From NCBI GenBank assembly GCA_951406725.2, contig OX597815.1, positions 26,350,001 through 26,414,000 on the forward strand: a DNA stretch of 64,000 nt. The letters are read 5' to 3'. Within the stretch, counting starts at the first letter, position 1, and each line of letters begins with the position of its first letter. The position numbers were made by a program, and so were the translations under genes. The notes under the pieces were generated by a model that worked only from the letters and a program-made list of their open reading frames with translations, was not told where the DNA came from and did not search any database. The DNA comes from Octopus vulgaris. Lineage: Eukaryota. This document shows, one piece after another, positions 1 through 14,324 of the stretch.

Positions 1-58
<58 letters not shown>

Positions 59-134
59 TGTTGGAAAATATACATATATAAATATTTATATTGGACAATA
101 AATAAATAAAGTTTTGTGAAATAAAATATTTACA

Positions 135-169
135 TAGTCGACCGGTTTCGCTTGTGCTAATCAAGACTA
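135..169 (-). ncRNA. Degenerate minimal type I hammerhead ribozyme motif (Penelope pLTR-like)
   Basis: Minus strand reads TAGTC-TTGATTA-GC ACAA GC-GAAAC CG GTC-GACTA: 5-bp stem I, palindromic stem III ACCGGT, GUC triplet. The core has 2 mismatches to CUGAUGA. Confidence 0.55.
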
Positions 170-261
170 AGACGTTAGTGATTATGTTACAGTTTCATGT
201 TATCAAAATAAGCTTTCATTCCATGTTAGTAGGAAGATGGATGCATATATAAATATATATG

Positions 262-317
<56 letters not shown>

Positions 318-429
318 TGTATATACACACAAACACAAATGTACAATCCTAATCATATGCTGATTACTCTACTTCTTTCCGTTCTAATACCCATATTTCC
401 ATCTCTTTATACTTCTATACACACACATA

Positions 430-494
<65 letters not shown>

Positions 495-683
495 GTGCAT
501 GCATGTATGTATAATGTATATGTATTGTTTGTCCAGGAATGGAAACCACTATCTTACAATCATGAGTGCAACACCTTTAAACACAAAGTCACATGCCTCC
601 AAGTAGAAACGTACACGCATACATACATACAACTTACATACATATTTACATACATACATGCGTACATTTATAACTGTAGGTGC

Positions 684-749
<66 letters not shown>

Positions 750-1306
750 ATGTATGTATGCATACACACATAGATTACTGTGTCTATATTTCTACATTTG
801 TACGCATAACATTGTCTGTTTTCAACCTGTCTCGGTATTTATCGTTTCGGTTTTATAATAATAAAAATTACCAGTTGTTACATTTAAAAACTATAAATGC
901 TAATCACATTTGCGATCAGCTGCCTTTCACTAATTGGAAAACAAATAAATAATTATCTACATCTCTAAACTTACACTTTTATATTTTTGACAGACAGTTT
1001 ATAGAACTCTTGTGGAGGCACGCCTACATTTTGCCTGCCTTTTAATCTTAGTGTATTCATGTTTGCATCTCTATACAAATGTATCTGCGTACATATGAGT
1101 GTAGAGTCACGCACACACACACACATATATATACTTGTATATGTATACAATTATATACAAATATATATTTTATATGTATACACATACACACACATGCATA
1201 CATGCAAACATACATGCATATATACATACATACATACATACATACATACATACATACATACATACATACATACATACATACGTACATACATACACATAAC
1301 CAGAAA

Positions 1307-1432
1307 TGGCTCTGACGAAAGTAGCATTAATTTTTTTTTAGGTCATTCAATTTTTCTCAGTTGATTAATAGACCAGTTGAGTAAACCGATCAGTAATGTA
1401 CCTATAATGATACTGGAAACAGCTGTAAGCCA
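1307..1432 (+). ncRNA. Type I hammerhead ribozyme with intact core and ~97-nt stem II
   Basis: TGGCT(1307-11) CTGACGA(1312-18) ... GAAA(1416-19), palindrome ACAGCTGT(1419-26), GUA triplet, AGCCA(1428-32). Stem II pairs 1320-29/1405-14, 1339-47/1395-1404 and 1356-63/1374-81. AATAAA at 1443-48. Confidence 0.8.
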
Positions 1433-1487
1433 AATTTGCTCCAATAAAGGAAAGATATGTAATGACCATTACTTTTATTTTTTTACT

Positions 1488-1555
<68 letters not shown>

Positions 1556-1745
1556 AGAGAGAGAGAGGAAAACACAGAGGGCACACAACACACATATGCA
1601 CACACAAACATGCACATACCTTGTTAATAGCAAGAGTAAGCCCTAAATCATATTGTACGGACAATATTTAACATATTTATATATCTGCGTACATCCAAGT
1701 ACATAACTCCATATATAGATATTTGCAAATACAATAATGTACATA

Positions 1746-1804
<59 letters not shown>

Positions 1805-1980
1805 GAATTAGAGATAAAACCATTATTAGGCAACTCAAACAGTGATAGACATAAACCAATACATAAATAACAAATAATATAAATATAATTAATATAATAT
1901 ATGATATATAGTGAAATTTGATTTAATCCTAAATCTAATTTTTCCCTGTAAGTTTGGACCCATACTCCCTAATATTATTA

Positions 1981-2084
<104 letters not shown>

Positions 2085-2339
2085 GTTTATAAATAAATAA
2101 ATTAATAATAAATAATGTATATGCATTATATGCTGAAATATAATATATATGTATGTATATGTATATTATATATATGCATGTATATAAGCCCATTCACATG
2201 CACATACATAGAAACATTCATGCAAATATGTATGTGTGTGTGTGTGCGTGCGTGTGTGTGTGTGTGTGTGTATCTGAAACAATGGGTCTGATTCATTTCT
2301 ATTATACTTGCATTAAAAAATATATAATTATCTTCTACC

Positions 2340-2505
2340 GTACAAATTTTTGTGAGATACTAGAAGAACCCACATCACGGCAGGAGGGCAGTTCCGTCCA
2401 ACTCGCTACTGAAGTACAGAAAGAGATATCGAAACTCACTGATAGGCAGTACCCCAGCATGGTCACAGCCTCTGGCTGACATCGGTGAAGATAAAAGATA
2501 AAAGA
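2340..2505 (+). mobile_element. CR1-like LINE 3' end remnant with SINE-shared tail
   Basis: Fragments EILEEPTSRQE and SNSLL resemble the CR1 ORF2 C-terminus (PDEP...NSL). They are followed by ccccagcatggtcacagcctctggctg and (GATAAAA)2. Confidence 0.55.
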
Positions 2506-2797
2506 TATATGACTTAAATGCTAACTTGTAATTAGAATCAGCACCCTTTAGTAATTTTAAATCAATTTCTTATGTTCACCAATAAAAGAACTCTATATAA
2601 TTTTGTAAGCTATCCCTAGAATACTTTAGCTTGTTTCATTCGTATTTCTTCTCTTCATTATAGTTGTGCCATACATACATACATACATACATACATAATA
2701 CATACATACATACGTACATACATACATACATACATACATACATACATACTTACAAACCTATCTACCTACATTATATATATGTATGCATTTATGCACG

Positions 2798-2829
<32 letters not shown>

Positions 2830-3141
2830 TGTATGTATAGTAAATAGACTGCGCGGTTTTTGGAAGATTTGTTTCTGGAAAAACAAAATAATGTTATTTG
2901 ATTCAATTAAATAGTTAATCTAGTATTTAGTAGACATGCCTTGTGCATTAACAAGTTTGAAGAACCAGGTAGTGTCCTCACACATAAAACGGTATAACGT
3001 GGTTTAGTGACGGATATCTGTTTTCTTTTGAGCTACCATTTTTTTTGTACGTATGTATTCATATGTATGTGTGTGTTTGTATACACATATATATCCGGTG
3101 ATGTACCTTTTCTACACACACATAAAAATACATACGTATAT

Positions 3142-3205
<64 letters not shown>

Positions 3206-3928
3206 GTATGTATATATATTACTTGACGCGTTCATTTTTTTCCCAGTTATACTTCGTAAATTAATTTCTTTTATGCAAATATAGTTTCGTTTGATATCTC
3301 AAGACGAGTAATTAAGGTGTCGTGTGATGTTATCGCCTGTGTACACGTGTTAACATTTTTTTAATATTTGTATGTATACTAATCAATTATGTAATTACTC
3401 TTATATGTATACATACATTCATGCACGCAGATATATCAATCAATCTACTTACCTTTCTATCTACCTATCCGTCTATGCATCTACCTGTCTAGCTGTCTAC
3501 TTACCTATCTTTCTATATCACTACTCATGTACTACGTCTGTCTATCTGTTCGTCTGTCCTTTCTCTCTCACTCACTTTCTCTCACTTTCTCTCTCTATAT
3601 ATATACATATATATATATATATATAATTATATATGTGTGTGTATGTGTATGCATATAGGTTCATGTGTATCCATATATGTGTGTATATACGTGAATATAT
3701 ATATGCACATATATCACATATATATGCATATATATCACATATATATGCATATATATATGCATATGCACATATATATTTGCATATATATATATACACACAT
3801 ATATGCATGCATATATACATGCTTAAATAGATGATTGTACATACTGTACATGTATCCATAAATGTATATTACATTGTAATATACTACCTATTTTCATTTC
3901 TCTCTCTAGTTATAATATTTACGTATAT

Positions 3929-3976
<48 letters not shown>

Positions 3977-4724
3977 TTGTGTATTTGTGTATGTGTGTGA
4001 ATGTGTGTTCTGACAATTGAATATATATGTGCTTGTATGTAATGTGTGTGTGCGCGTGTAATATTGTGATTTTGCTGTGTCTCTAGAGAGTCGGATACAT
4101 AACGTTGCTCTTCTCGTTGCATCCCTCTGTGCTCTGATCATCTCGACTTTGCCTTCTGTCCCTTCGATAAATAAATTACCTGTTCTGTACTGGGTTCGAA
4201 TCTACTTTATCTATATCTTACTATCCATTTTTTTCTCTTTCTCTCTCTCAATAAGTCTCTTTCTCTCCACTTCTCTCTGTCTATCTTTGTTTCTACCTTT
4301 CGATGAGTTTCTCACACCTCTCTCTCACTCACTCACTCTCTCTCTCCCCCTCTCTCTCTCTTTCTCTCTCTCCTACTCAGTAAGAATTTGACCATATTAA
4401 GGAGCCGGAGCTAGTGGAGCTCTGCCAGGTTTGAAAATGTTCAAAATCTGCCTTATGATTTTACGAACCATCAAGAATTGATGGCCCAAGAGATGTTAAC
4501 GTATGTACATGATTGGGTTGATGGATGGATGCTTGTATGCATTTATGCATATATGTATGGAGAAAGTACCCCCCACACACACACACACACACTCACATAC
4601 GCACTCAAAAACACACACACTCACAAATCTATCTATTTCAGGTTGCATGCTTGTGTGCATAGGTAAAAGATAGCAAATGCAGACACAATAACTGTGACCA
4701 TATTTTAAAATCTATAAAACATTA

Positions 4725-4777
4725 CGGTGCCCCAGCATGGCCACAGCTCGTGAGCTGAAACTAGAATCAATCAATCA
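4725..4777 (+). mobile_element. Extremely 5'-truncated CR1-type retroposon tail
   Basis: cggtgccccagcatggccacagctcgtgagctgaaactag plus (AATC)n. Near-identical copies at ~18014-18060 and ~21296-21358. Confidence 0.65.
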
Positions 4778-4824
4778 TGTATGTAATTAAGTTCCTGCGT
4801 ATATAATGTGTGTGGGTGTGTGTT

Positions 4825-4956
<132 letters not shown>

Positions 4957-5254
4957 TGTGTGTGAAATATTTTAGAAGTAATTTGTTCTATTTAGAGTCC
5001 AAATTCTGCCAAAGTCATCTTTGACATTCCTCTTGGAGATGGGATGATAAAATATCTGAAGTTAAAATTCTTAGGGTTAGCTGTTTCTTCTCCCCTAGTG
5101 TTGTGGTCTTCTGCCAATGCTGGGAATCGATAATGTTAATTTGAACTAAATTTTGTCGATAAATCTTTCGCAGATAAAGAGAACAAGTAATGTTAAAATT
5201 TCTGTCTTACTTCCATATTGGGATGTATTGGAATGCTTATTACAGAGCGCGACG

Positions 5255-5440
5255 AACAAAAAATGCTTAGCGGAATTTTGTTCGTCTTTACATTTCCTCG
5301 TTGAAATTCCGCCCAGGTTAACTTTGCCTTTCACTCTTTTGGGATCGACAAAGTAAGTACCAATCAAGTATTGGGGTTGATGTAAACTATTGTCCCCCTC
5401 CTCATAACTTTTCAAACTCTGTACCTGTATCAGAAAAGAT
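5255..5440 (+). mobile_element. Degraded short tRNA-derived SINE (family of 51627-51855)
   Basis: aaatgcttagcgg...aaattccgcccagg...tttgcctttca...ggatcgacaaagtaagtacca aligns by eye with the intact copy. Confidence 0.6.
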
Positions 5441-6420
5441 TATTGTAATTTACGGCATTCTTTTAACTTCGCCACTTCTGCTTTCCAATTTGTATTCCAT
5501 ATCTTTGGCTCATGATACCTGCAAGATATACACCTGTACTAATATAATATATTTTCATATTAATTAATTTTTAAATCTCTACTCGCAAATTTATATTGAT
5601 ATTTAGTAAATAAAATCATTATTATTTCCTGAGTAGTATTCTCTCATAAAAAAAAGTCATATAATTTGTCGAACTAATAACTAGAATAATCATAGAATAA
5701 TAAGAAGGTACTTCACCATAATTTTTCATCAATTTTTTTTTTTCTGAAGAATATACACTACAAAGTATTTTTCTAATATTTAATCATTTTTGATTGCTCC
5801 ATATGTGTTTGTGTGTGCATATGTGAGTGTACAGACAACGCGGGTTCATCTGCTTGATCGCTCGACTTATTAGACTTAGCAGACAAATATCCTTCAAATC
5901 ACATTCTGTAGACTTAATAAAACGAACAGTCACATTTAATAATTACATAATGCGTCTAGAAACCCTTTAAAATCATGGTACGGTAAGATTGCAATACCTT
6001 TGATCAAAGTTGTTTTCTATCATCAACAACAATGTATAAATCTATAATAGTAAAGCAACATTATGTGCGCGCGCGCGTGTATGTGTGTGAGAGAGAGGGA
6101 GACGGGGGGGGGCAGAGAGTGTGTTGTTTTGACCTTCTAAAATAACTTGACCTGCAATTCAAGCATTAAAGCTTTCGCGATGAAGTGAATATAGAAGAGG
6201 AGGGCTTCTAGAAATCAAGTGATATGGATTGTTGTGTCAGTTACTCGAGATGTCAGCGACTTTTCGCTTGTTTTTCACCTGATGACAGGGAAGCATGGGT
6301 TGTTTTTTGTTTTGTTTTGTTGGGTTTTTGTTTTCAGGAGGTAAATTATTTAAGGCTTAATGTAAAGCATAAGATTGAGGCTCAAATCCAGATAAACATA
6401 ATATCATATATTGTATATAC

Positions 6421-6635
6421 TCTTTTACTCTTTTACTTGTTTCAGTCATTTGACTGTGGCCATGCTGGAGCACCGCATTTAGTCGAGCAAATCGACCCCA
6501 GGACTTATTCTTTGTAAGCCTAGTACTTATTCTATCGGTCTCCTTTGCCGAACCGCTAAGTTACGGAGACGTAAACACACCAGGATCGGTTGTCAAGCGA
6601 TGTTGGGGGGACAAACACAGACACAAACATCTACA

Positions 6636-6702
<67 letters not shown>

Positions 6703-6861
6703 GACGGGCTTCTTTCAGTTTCCGTCTACCAAATCCACTCACAAGGCTTTGGTCGGCCCGAGGCTATAGTAGAAGACACTTGCCCAAGGTGCCACGCAGT
6801 GGGACTGAACCCGGAACCATGTAGGGTAAGCAAGCTACTTACCACACAGCCACTCCTGCGC
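6421..6861 (-). mobile_element. Full-length composite tRNA-derived SINE with internal microsatellite and CR1-type tail
   Basis: Minus-strand head gcgcaggagtggctgtgtggtaag...ccgggttcagtcccactgcgtggcaccttgggcaagtgtc, then (TA)n(TG)n, body, and tail cagtcaaatgactgaaacaagtaaaaga. Many copies in this window. Confidence 0.85.
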
Positions 6862-7499
6862 AAGATTATTTCTCTCTTCTTTCGCTATGAGTATTACAGA
6901 ATATTAGTCAAATTCAGTGTATTCCACATGATGCAAGTTCAGTGTATTCCGAATGCAACACATAACGTTTCACTAATAATGAGGAAAAGTGTTATCAGCA
7001 CCTGTTCTTAAACAGAAGTGGTTTATATATATATATATATATATATATAGGGTTTCAAAGTGATGTACTTCACTTGCTAACTGAACAAATACATCTTTTG
7101 CCATATATATATTTATAATATAGATGTTCTGGCTAGCCATCGAATGCACATTGTTACATTTGAATAAACAGAGCCTGATATTTCTATAGAGCCTGATGTA
7201 TGACAGTAGTGAATAGTTAGACATTTACACACTACATATCTAAATTAGTTACTGATATCAATTTGGTCATTTGTATACGTTGTACTAGGAATACTGTGCT
7301 CTGACTGTTTCTGTAATAGAAGCCGTTCTACAAGGATCTGGAGAAAATAGCAGGGGACATAGTGTCACTGCTTTATGTGAACATGATCAATATATTTCTT
7401 TCTGTAAAGTTTTTCCCGAAACTATGTAGAATTATTGAAAATCATTTTGAAATGTATCATACCCGCTCCTAGATACGATCGTTGTCTCAAAGATACCGA

Positions 7500-8670
7500 A
7501 AATGTATTGAGTATGTTGAAGCAGTTCTCACTGTTGCATTGTTCTAAGGAAGTAGTTCTGCAACTGCTTGTTCACCTTCTCATGATCAAATTTCTGTTGA
7601 CTGGGATTTTGTTTGACGTATTGATGTCAACAGGAAACTAGCAAAAAGAATCCGTGACTATGATTTCATCTGTTGGGCGGAAGCGCTACAAATGTCAAAG
7701 AATGTGTCCATCAAACTGTTTATTGCACATTTCGTGGTCTTCCGTAAAATAATTTGTTTTAATGATGATAACATCATGTTATTTCTAGATGATTTTAGAA
7801 AAGCACTTCCTACCTTAACTGAGTTAAGAGGACCATAAATGGTCCGATTTTCTGTTCCATGTCGATGAAACAGGGGAGAATCTGGACTATGAAATAAGAG
7901 TAAACTTCTAAAAATGACGTTGAGGTGCTATCAAATGAATATGAAATGATAAGTCAAATAACGGGCATAGAATATTTCAAACCGCATAAACTTAGCAATA
8001 CTATCCACTACTAATTACGTTATTGATTCTGTAAATGAAGAGACTATCAAAATATTTGATGGAGAATCGGTCACTTACAAAAGCATGGATTAGTGCGCTG
8101 ATAAAAATAATTTGTACAATTATCCAATGGACATAATCAGCAGTAATTACAGAGTGGCTTCCTTTCCTTCCCCCGCATAATTTGATTTAATAAAAGGGAT
8201 GTTTTGTAACACTATTGTGAAATTTAAATAAGGTTAATGGACTTGGCAATGGAACAATAATTCTAATAACCCATTTTCATGAGTGCATGACTGAAGGCCA
8301 TATTGTTGAAGAAGTTGAAATTATGGAAAATATGTCAGTGTGTCAAGAATTAAACTTAGACTTTTCAAATCCACTCTGCCATTCACCCTGATGCGTTTGG
8401 TCTCCAGTTCGAGCGATTTTCGCCATGACACTCTATAAACTTCCATGTTGAATCACTAAATAAAATAACAGACCGGCTCTAGGATTTACAGGATTCTCAC
8501 ACTCATATGATTTTAAATAAATTAGGAACTGATCTGGTTGTGCATAGTCATTTGTATATTACACTATTGAGACCTTCGCAGAGTACTGTAGATGTAGTGT
8601 CAATGTCAAAACGCTATGTCAACTCTTCGGGTAGATACATAATGCAAGGAAAGTGATATATACATATTTT
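7500..8670 (+). pseudogene. Decayed Helitron Pif1-family helicase domain
   Basis: Motif remnants in order: FICWAEALQM (WDEAPM), LFLDDFRKALP (GGDFRQ.LP), AILSTTN..IDSVNE...GESVTYKSMD, PPHNL..L*NLN..NGLGNGT, PVRAIFAMTLYK (PVRLAFAMTINKSQG), HSHLYITLLR (HGQLYVALSR). Many stops and frameshifts. Confidence 0.8.
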
Positions 8671-9081
8671 TATATTTATTTATGTTCTCTTAATTTATTG
8701 TTTTTTAATTGTCGTCATTCAGCATCGAATAGACGAGCGAATACACTCTTTAATTATTAAGAATACACCAGATTTTGTATAAAATTAAGTTGTTCAACAT
8801 CCAGTCCCAAATTCTATACAAAATAAGATGCTAGATTAATACTCATTCGCCTTGGTTGTCACGACAATATATGGTGAACGATGAAAATAAGACATTTAAT
8901 AAATTTTAATAGATCAACGATTAAAATATAATGGTGTTTGTTTTGTTAGTGTTTTTCTTCTTTTTTTCCAGTGGGAATCCATTTTTATCAGAAATATGTA
9001 TTCCAATGTCTGTTGATCCTAATCCGTTTATAGGAAATTGTTAATTCCTTACTTTGATAATGAATGTATATATATATATAT

Positions 9082-9146
<65 letters not shown>

Positions 9147-9464
9147 AACATAAATAAATGTAGATACATACATGTGTGTGTTTGTCTGTTTGTGTGTGTG
9201 TGTGTGTGTGTGTGTTTCTGCGTGTGCATTTATGTAAACAGTGGGTGAGTTGATTTATTTGCTTCAATATGAACATGCCATTTGTAGAACAAATATGGAA
9301 ACTTTTGTAACATTTGCAATATTTTACCTTTTAAAAGCATTTTGGTGGGTATAATCATGAATAAAATTAGTAATTCTGTCTAATCTTGAAGTGAGGTGGC
9401 AAACCGATTACATCGACTCCAGTACTGAACTGGTACTTATTTTATCGACCCCGAAAGGATGGAA

Positions 9465-9467
<3 letters not shown>

Positions 9468-9533
<66 letters not shown>

Positions 9534-9535
9534 TA

Positions 9536-9599
<64 letters not shown>

Positions 9600-9608
9600 C
9601 ATCATTAT
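9468..9608. repeat. (AAT)n immediately followed by (ATT)n (self-complementary microsatellite)
   Basis: Read directly from the sequence. Confidence 0.9.
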
Positions 9609-9840
9609 TGCCCATATCCTAAGAAAAGGATTCTCGACTTGAAAATATCGGATTACCTTAAGACTCCTTTAAAAGTTGATATATTACAAACGTAACAGAA
9701 TTTTAGCCCTGAAATTCTGGTCTTCTCCTTCAATGTATCATTTTTAATCATACCCTTAGAAAAACACCCGACATGCTGTTTCTTGGGGAAAAACTTGGAA
9801 CAGTTCGTGCGAAACAAACCAACAGCAAAGTTAGTAAGTA
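9609..9840 (+). mobile_element. Probable 3' end of an R4/Dong-like element (different subfamily)
   Basis: AHILRKGFST* resembles the terminal GTAHILRKVL motif; a UTR follows and ends in taagtaat. Confidence 0.4.
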
Positions 9841-9842
9841 AT

Positions 9843-10125
9843 GGGAAATACGAAGGTTGTGGTCAATGAAGAGAGTAGACGTGATACCAATCGTAATTGG
9901 TGCACTTGGAAGTATCAGCCCTCAACTACCAACATGGCTCAAAAACATTGGTGCAAGTGTGAAGGTAGAAGAGCTACAAAAGTCAGCATTGCTTGGAACT
10001 GCATGAATTCTTCACAGGGTTTTTGAAGCATGACCAGTAAACAAGTGTCACCTTATTCTGCTGACTGTGGACAGTTGACACTTTCCATTCATACCCAGCA
10101 AAATAAGCTGAAAGTTTTCATATAA
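9843..10125 (+). mobile_element. 5'-truncated R4/Dong-like non-LTR retrotransposon 3' end (copy 1)
   Basis: IRRLWSMKRVDVIPIVIGALGS...LQKSALLGTA, then 3'UTR and taataata. Paralogous to 10242-10464. Confidence 0.75.
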
Positions 10126-10130
10126 TAATA

Positions 10131-10464
10131 GTTGTGGTGAAAAAAGAAAGAACATTCATGATAATCGACATGGCATGTCTCGGTGACAACAGGATCAAAG
10201 AGAAAGTAGAAGAAAAACTGAACAACTACGATGATTTGAAGTGGGGAATACGAAGATTGTGGTCAATGAGTAGAGTAGACGTGATACCAATAGTAATTGG
10301 CGCACTTGGAAGTATCAGTATTCAACTACCAACGTAGCTCAAAAAGATTGGTACAAATATAAAGGTAGAACACCTACAAAAATCATCATTGCTTGGAATT
10401 GCAAGAATTCTTCGCCGGGTTCTTGAAGCATGATCAGCAAACAAGCGTCACCTTAGTCTGCTGG
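10131..10464 (+). mobile_element. 5'-truncated R4/Dong-like non-LTR retrotransposon, restriction-like endonuclease remnant (copy 2)
   Basis: IIDMACLGDNRIKEKVEEKLNNYDDLKWGIRRLW...PIVIGALG...LQKSSLLGIARILRRVLEA*; ends in (TAA)n at 10465-10587. Confidence 0.8.
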
Positions 10465-10523
10465 CTATGGACAGCAGACACTTTCCATCATACCCAGCAA
10501 AATAAGCTGTGAGTTATCATCAA

Positions 10524-10587
<64 letters not shown>

Positions 10588-12169
10588 TGAGATATAACAT
10601 TCAAACCCCATCAATCTTCAGTATACATTGAAAAGCAGAGAAAGGTTGCGCTAGATAGTATAGTCCTACGAGACAAAATGCAAACGGCTGGAATGTCTTT
10701 GATCTGAAGTCTGCTTGATCAGTGAAGTTTTTTACATCGATATAGCGTCACAGATATGATTGGAGGGGAATGATCGATTAATTTCAATCCAGTACTTGAT
10801 TAACCCTTATTTTAATCAACCCCTGAAATTAACGAAAAGATAAATCACACAAAAGTTTGTTGAATTTGTTTGTAGAAATTTGTCAAGGTAAGAAAGAACA
10901 GTAAAAATAACCTTCGTCAACCATCTCAGGTTGATGAAATAGAGAGTCTGATGATCTGGTCTGACCATCTGGAAACGAATGATTGCATGATAAGTGATGT
11001 GGGGTTTGAATGTTTGTCACAATGATACCTCTAAAGCAGCCAATAACCAGGTGATGCAGCGTTTTATGTCTATTGAAAATGTGATAATATTTGAAGTAAC
11101 CGAATTTTTCTCATCAATTAATAAATATATCGCCAAATAAATAATATGTTTGAGTATTTATTCTGACATAATTATATTCATGTGCATAATTGCTAAAGAT
11201 GTTTAATCTTTTATTTGTATGTGAAATATCAGTAACTAACGTTATAATTCTTATAATTATTATTGTAATAGGTCTGATAACAAATTTTACTTCACCTAGT
11301 AAAATTTTTAAGTGAAATTAGTAACAAATAATAATGTATATTTAAATTATAAAGTGTTGAATAAATTCACAATAAATCACTTGATTTTATATCAAATTAT
11401 AAACATCTACTCGTGTGCACGATTACGTAGTTGTTCCCACTAGAGTACATTGACTAGTGTGGCGAAGTTTTCGTTAACAAGGTTTAATAAGACAGAAATA
11501 AGTAGATTTCCCTCTTCTACAATTGCTAAAGTAATAAAATAAACTAATATTCAAATGATAGTATCCTTTCCTTATGACATACATACTACTAATCACATAT
11601 TACTTGCTTATTAAGTTTCACGTGTTCATACTTGCTGGATGATAAACAAATATCATTTTTAATTATCTATATTTAGCTCTTTAAAGCCAGATTTGACCAT
11701 AACACTATTCCCACAGATATATACATATTATATATTATTTATATAATATTGTATTATATTACATCATTATATATATATTTATTATTATATATATAATATA
11801 TATAAAATATCATATTATATATATATATTATTATTACCCGTGCACATATATGTGTATATATTTCATATTATTATATATTATATACAAAATACATCATAAT
11901 ATCATATATATCAATTTTATATTTATATATTATATATATTATAATTTATATACATATGTGCTTTACAAAGATATTATATTTTATATATATATTGTATTTT
12001 ATATATCTTGGATTATATATATACATACATTCTGATAGAGAGACAGATAGATAACTAGCACTTTAATACGTGTATTGTGACCTTTAAATAAATAATATTT
12101 ATCTCTAACCAGCTGGAGTACATTTTTGTTGAGTTTTCTGTTACGGATCAGTACATTATATATATACAT

Positions 12170-12247
<78 letters not shown>

Positions 12248-12403
12248 GTACCAGACATAGGAATTAAGTCGATTACATCGACCCCAGTGCGTAACTGGTA
12301 TTAATTTAATCGACCCCGAAAGGAAGAAAAGCATAGTCGACCTAGGCGAAATACCGCTAAGCATTTGGCCCGGCGTGCTACCGATTCTGCCACCTCACCA
12401 CCT
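12248..12403 (-). mobile_element. Short tRNA-derived SINE, internally deleted
   Basis: Reverse complement of ggtgaggtggcagaatcggtagcacgccgggcc...cctttcggggtcgattaaattaataccagttacgcactggggtcgatgtaatcgac. Confidence 0.75.
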
Positions 12404-12410
12404 TAAATAT

Positions 12411-12583
12411 AGGTGCAGGTGTACCTCTGTGGTAATTAGCTTGCTTATCAACCACATAGTCCCTGGTTTTCTGTCCCACTGCGTGGTATCTTGGGCAAGT
12501 GTCTTCTACTATAGCCTCGGGCCGACCAAAGCCTTGTGAGTGCATTTGGTAGACGAAAACTGAAAGAAGCTCGTCATATATAA

Positions 12584-12624
<41 letters not shown>

Positions 12625-13041
12625 GTTATTATTATTATTATTATTATATAATATACAATATATCATATTGTATATAATATATATATATATATTATTACTC
12701 GTACACTTACATGTATGTATATAATATTTTATATTATTAAATATTATATATAAATACATTATAATATATATAATACATATGTGTGTGTGTGTGTGTGTGT
12801 TTGATCGGGTGTAAGTGTGTGTACATGTTTGTGTGTCTACGTTTGCCCCCCCCACACACACACACACAACATCGCTTGACAACCGATGCTGGCGTGTTTA
12901 CGGCCCCGTAACATAGCGGTTCGGCAAAAGAGACCGATAAAATAAGTACTAGGCTTGCAAAAAATAAGTCCTGGGGTCGATTTTCTCGACTAAAGGCGGA
13001 GCTCCAACATGGCCGCAGTCAAATGACTGCAACAAATAAAA

Positions 13042-13043
<2 letters not shown>
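12411..13043 (+). mobile_element. Composite SINE with expanded internal microsatellite
   Basis: Head 12411-12575, AT-rich/microsatellite expansion, body and tail 12825-13043. Same family as 6421-6861. Confidence 0.8.
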
Positions 13044-13118
<75 letters not shown>

Positions 13119-13132
13119 TGTATATATATATA

Positions 13133-13258
13133 AATCCACTCACAAGGCTTTGGTCGGTCCTGAGGCTATAGTAGAATAAACTTGTCCTAGGTGCCACACA
13201 GTGGGACTGAACCCGGTATCATATGATTGAGATACAAGCTTCTTACCACACACCCACT
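13133..13258 (-). mobile_element. Composite SINE 5' half
   Basis: aaatccactcacaaggctttggtcgg...gtgggactgaacccgg...cttaccacac. Confidence 0.7.
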
Positions 13259-13307
13259 TATACATATATTATTATTTTTATTGTTGTTGTTATTGTTGTT
13301 GTTGCTG

Positions 13308-13386
<79 letters not shown>

Positions 13387-13874
13387 CATTATTATTATTA
13401 TTATTATTATCTATATTATTATTGTTATTATTGTTATTTAAAACAGTTTGATTCGTCCCCAAGAAAATGCCGTATACACATGTATGTGTGTGTGTGTGTG
13501 TCTATATTATATACGTGTATGTGTCTTTGCATATCTATATGTGAGTGTATGTATTGATGTATGTATGCGTATGTTTGTTATGTATGTAAGTGTGAAATAG
13601 TGTAAATATTTTATGCCTGTAAAATAAAGTTTAGCATATCTGATTCTCTTTTTCCGAAAACAACGTTATAATAAATATATTAACGCAATAAAACTGGAGT
13701 TTTGGAAACCGTTGTAAAGATTTTATTTTCCAACGTGTAGTCAACCGTCTTGTCTCCGATTAAACGACGCATACTTGCAGGACACACAACTGCTGGAATT
13801 TCCTTTCTTCCTGACACACATTTACACTTAGCCTTTACACACACACGAGTACAGCTAAATTTTGCATCTCTATA

Positions 13875-13921
<47 letters not shown>

Positions 13922-13946
13922 GTGTGTGTATATATGTATATGCAGA

Positions 13947-14039
<93 letters not shown>

Positions 14040-14260
14040 AGGATATAAATGTATGTATGTATATATACATATATATGCATATATATATGCATATATATAT
14101 ATATATATATATATATGCATATATATATATGCATATATATATATATGCACATATATAAATATATGTATATATATATATATATATATATAAAATATGTGTG
14201 TGTGAATGTATATAGGTATACATATATATGTATACATGCATGAGTGCACGTGTGTATGTA

Positions 14261-14324
<64 letters not shown>

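Noticed and set aside
10943-10985. CTGATGA...GAAAC motif
   Set aside because: No stem I or stem III complement follows; likely a chance match.
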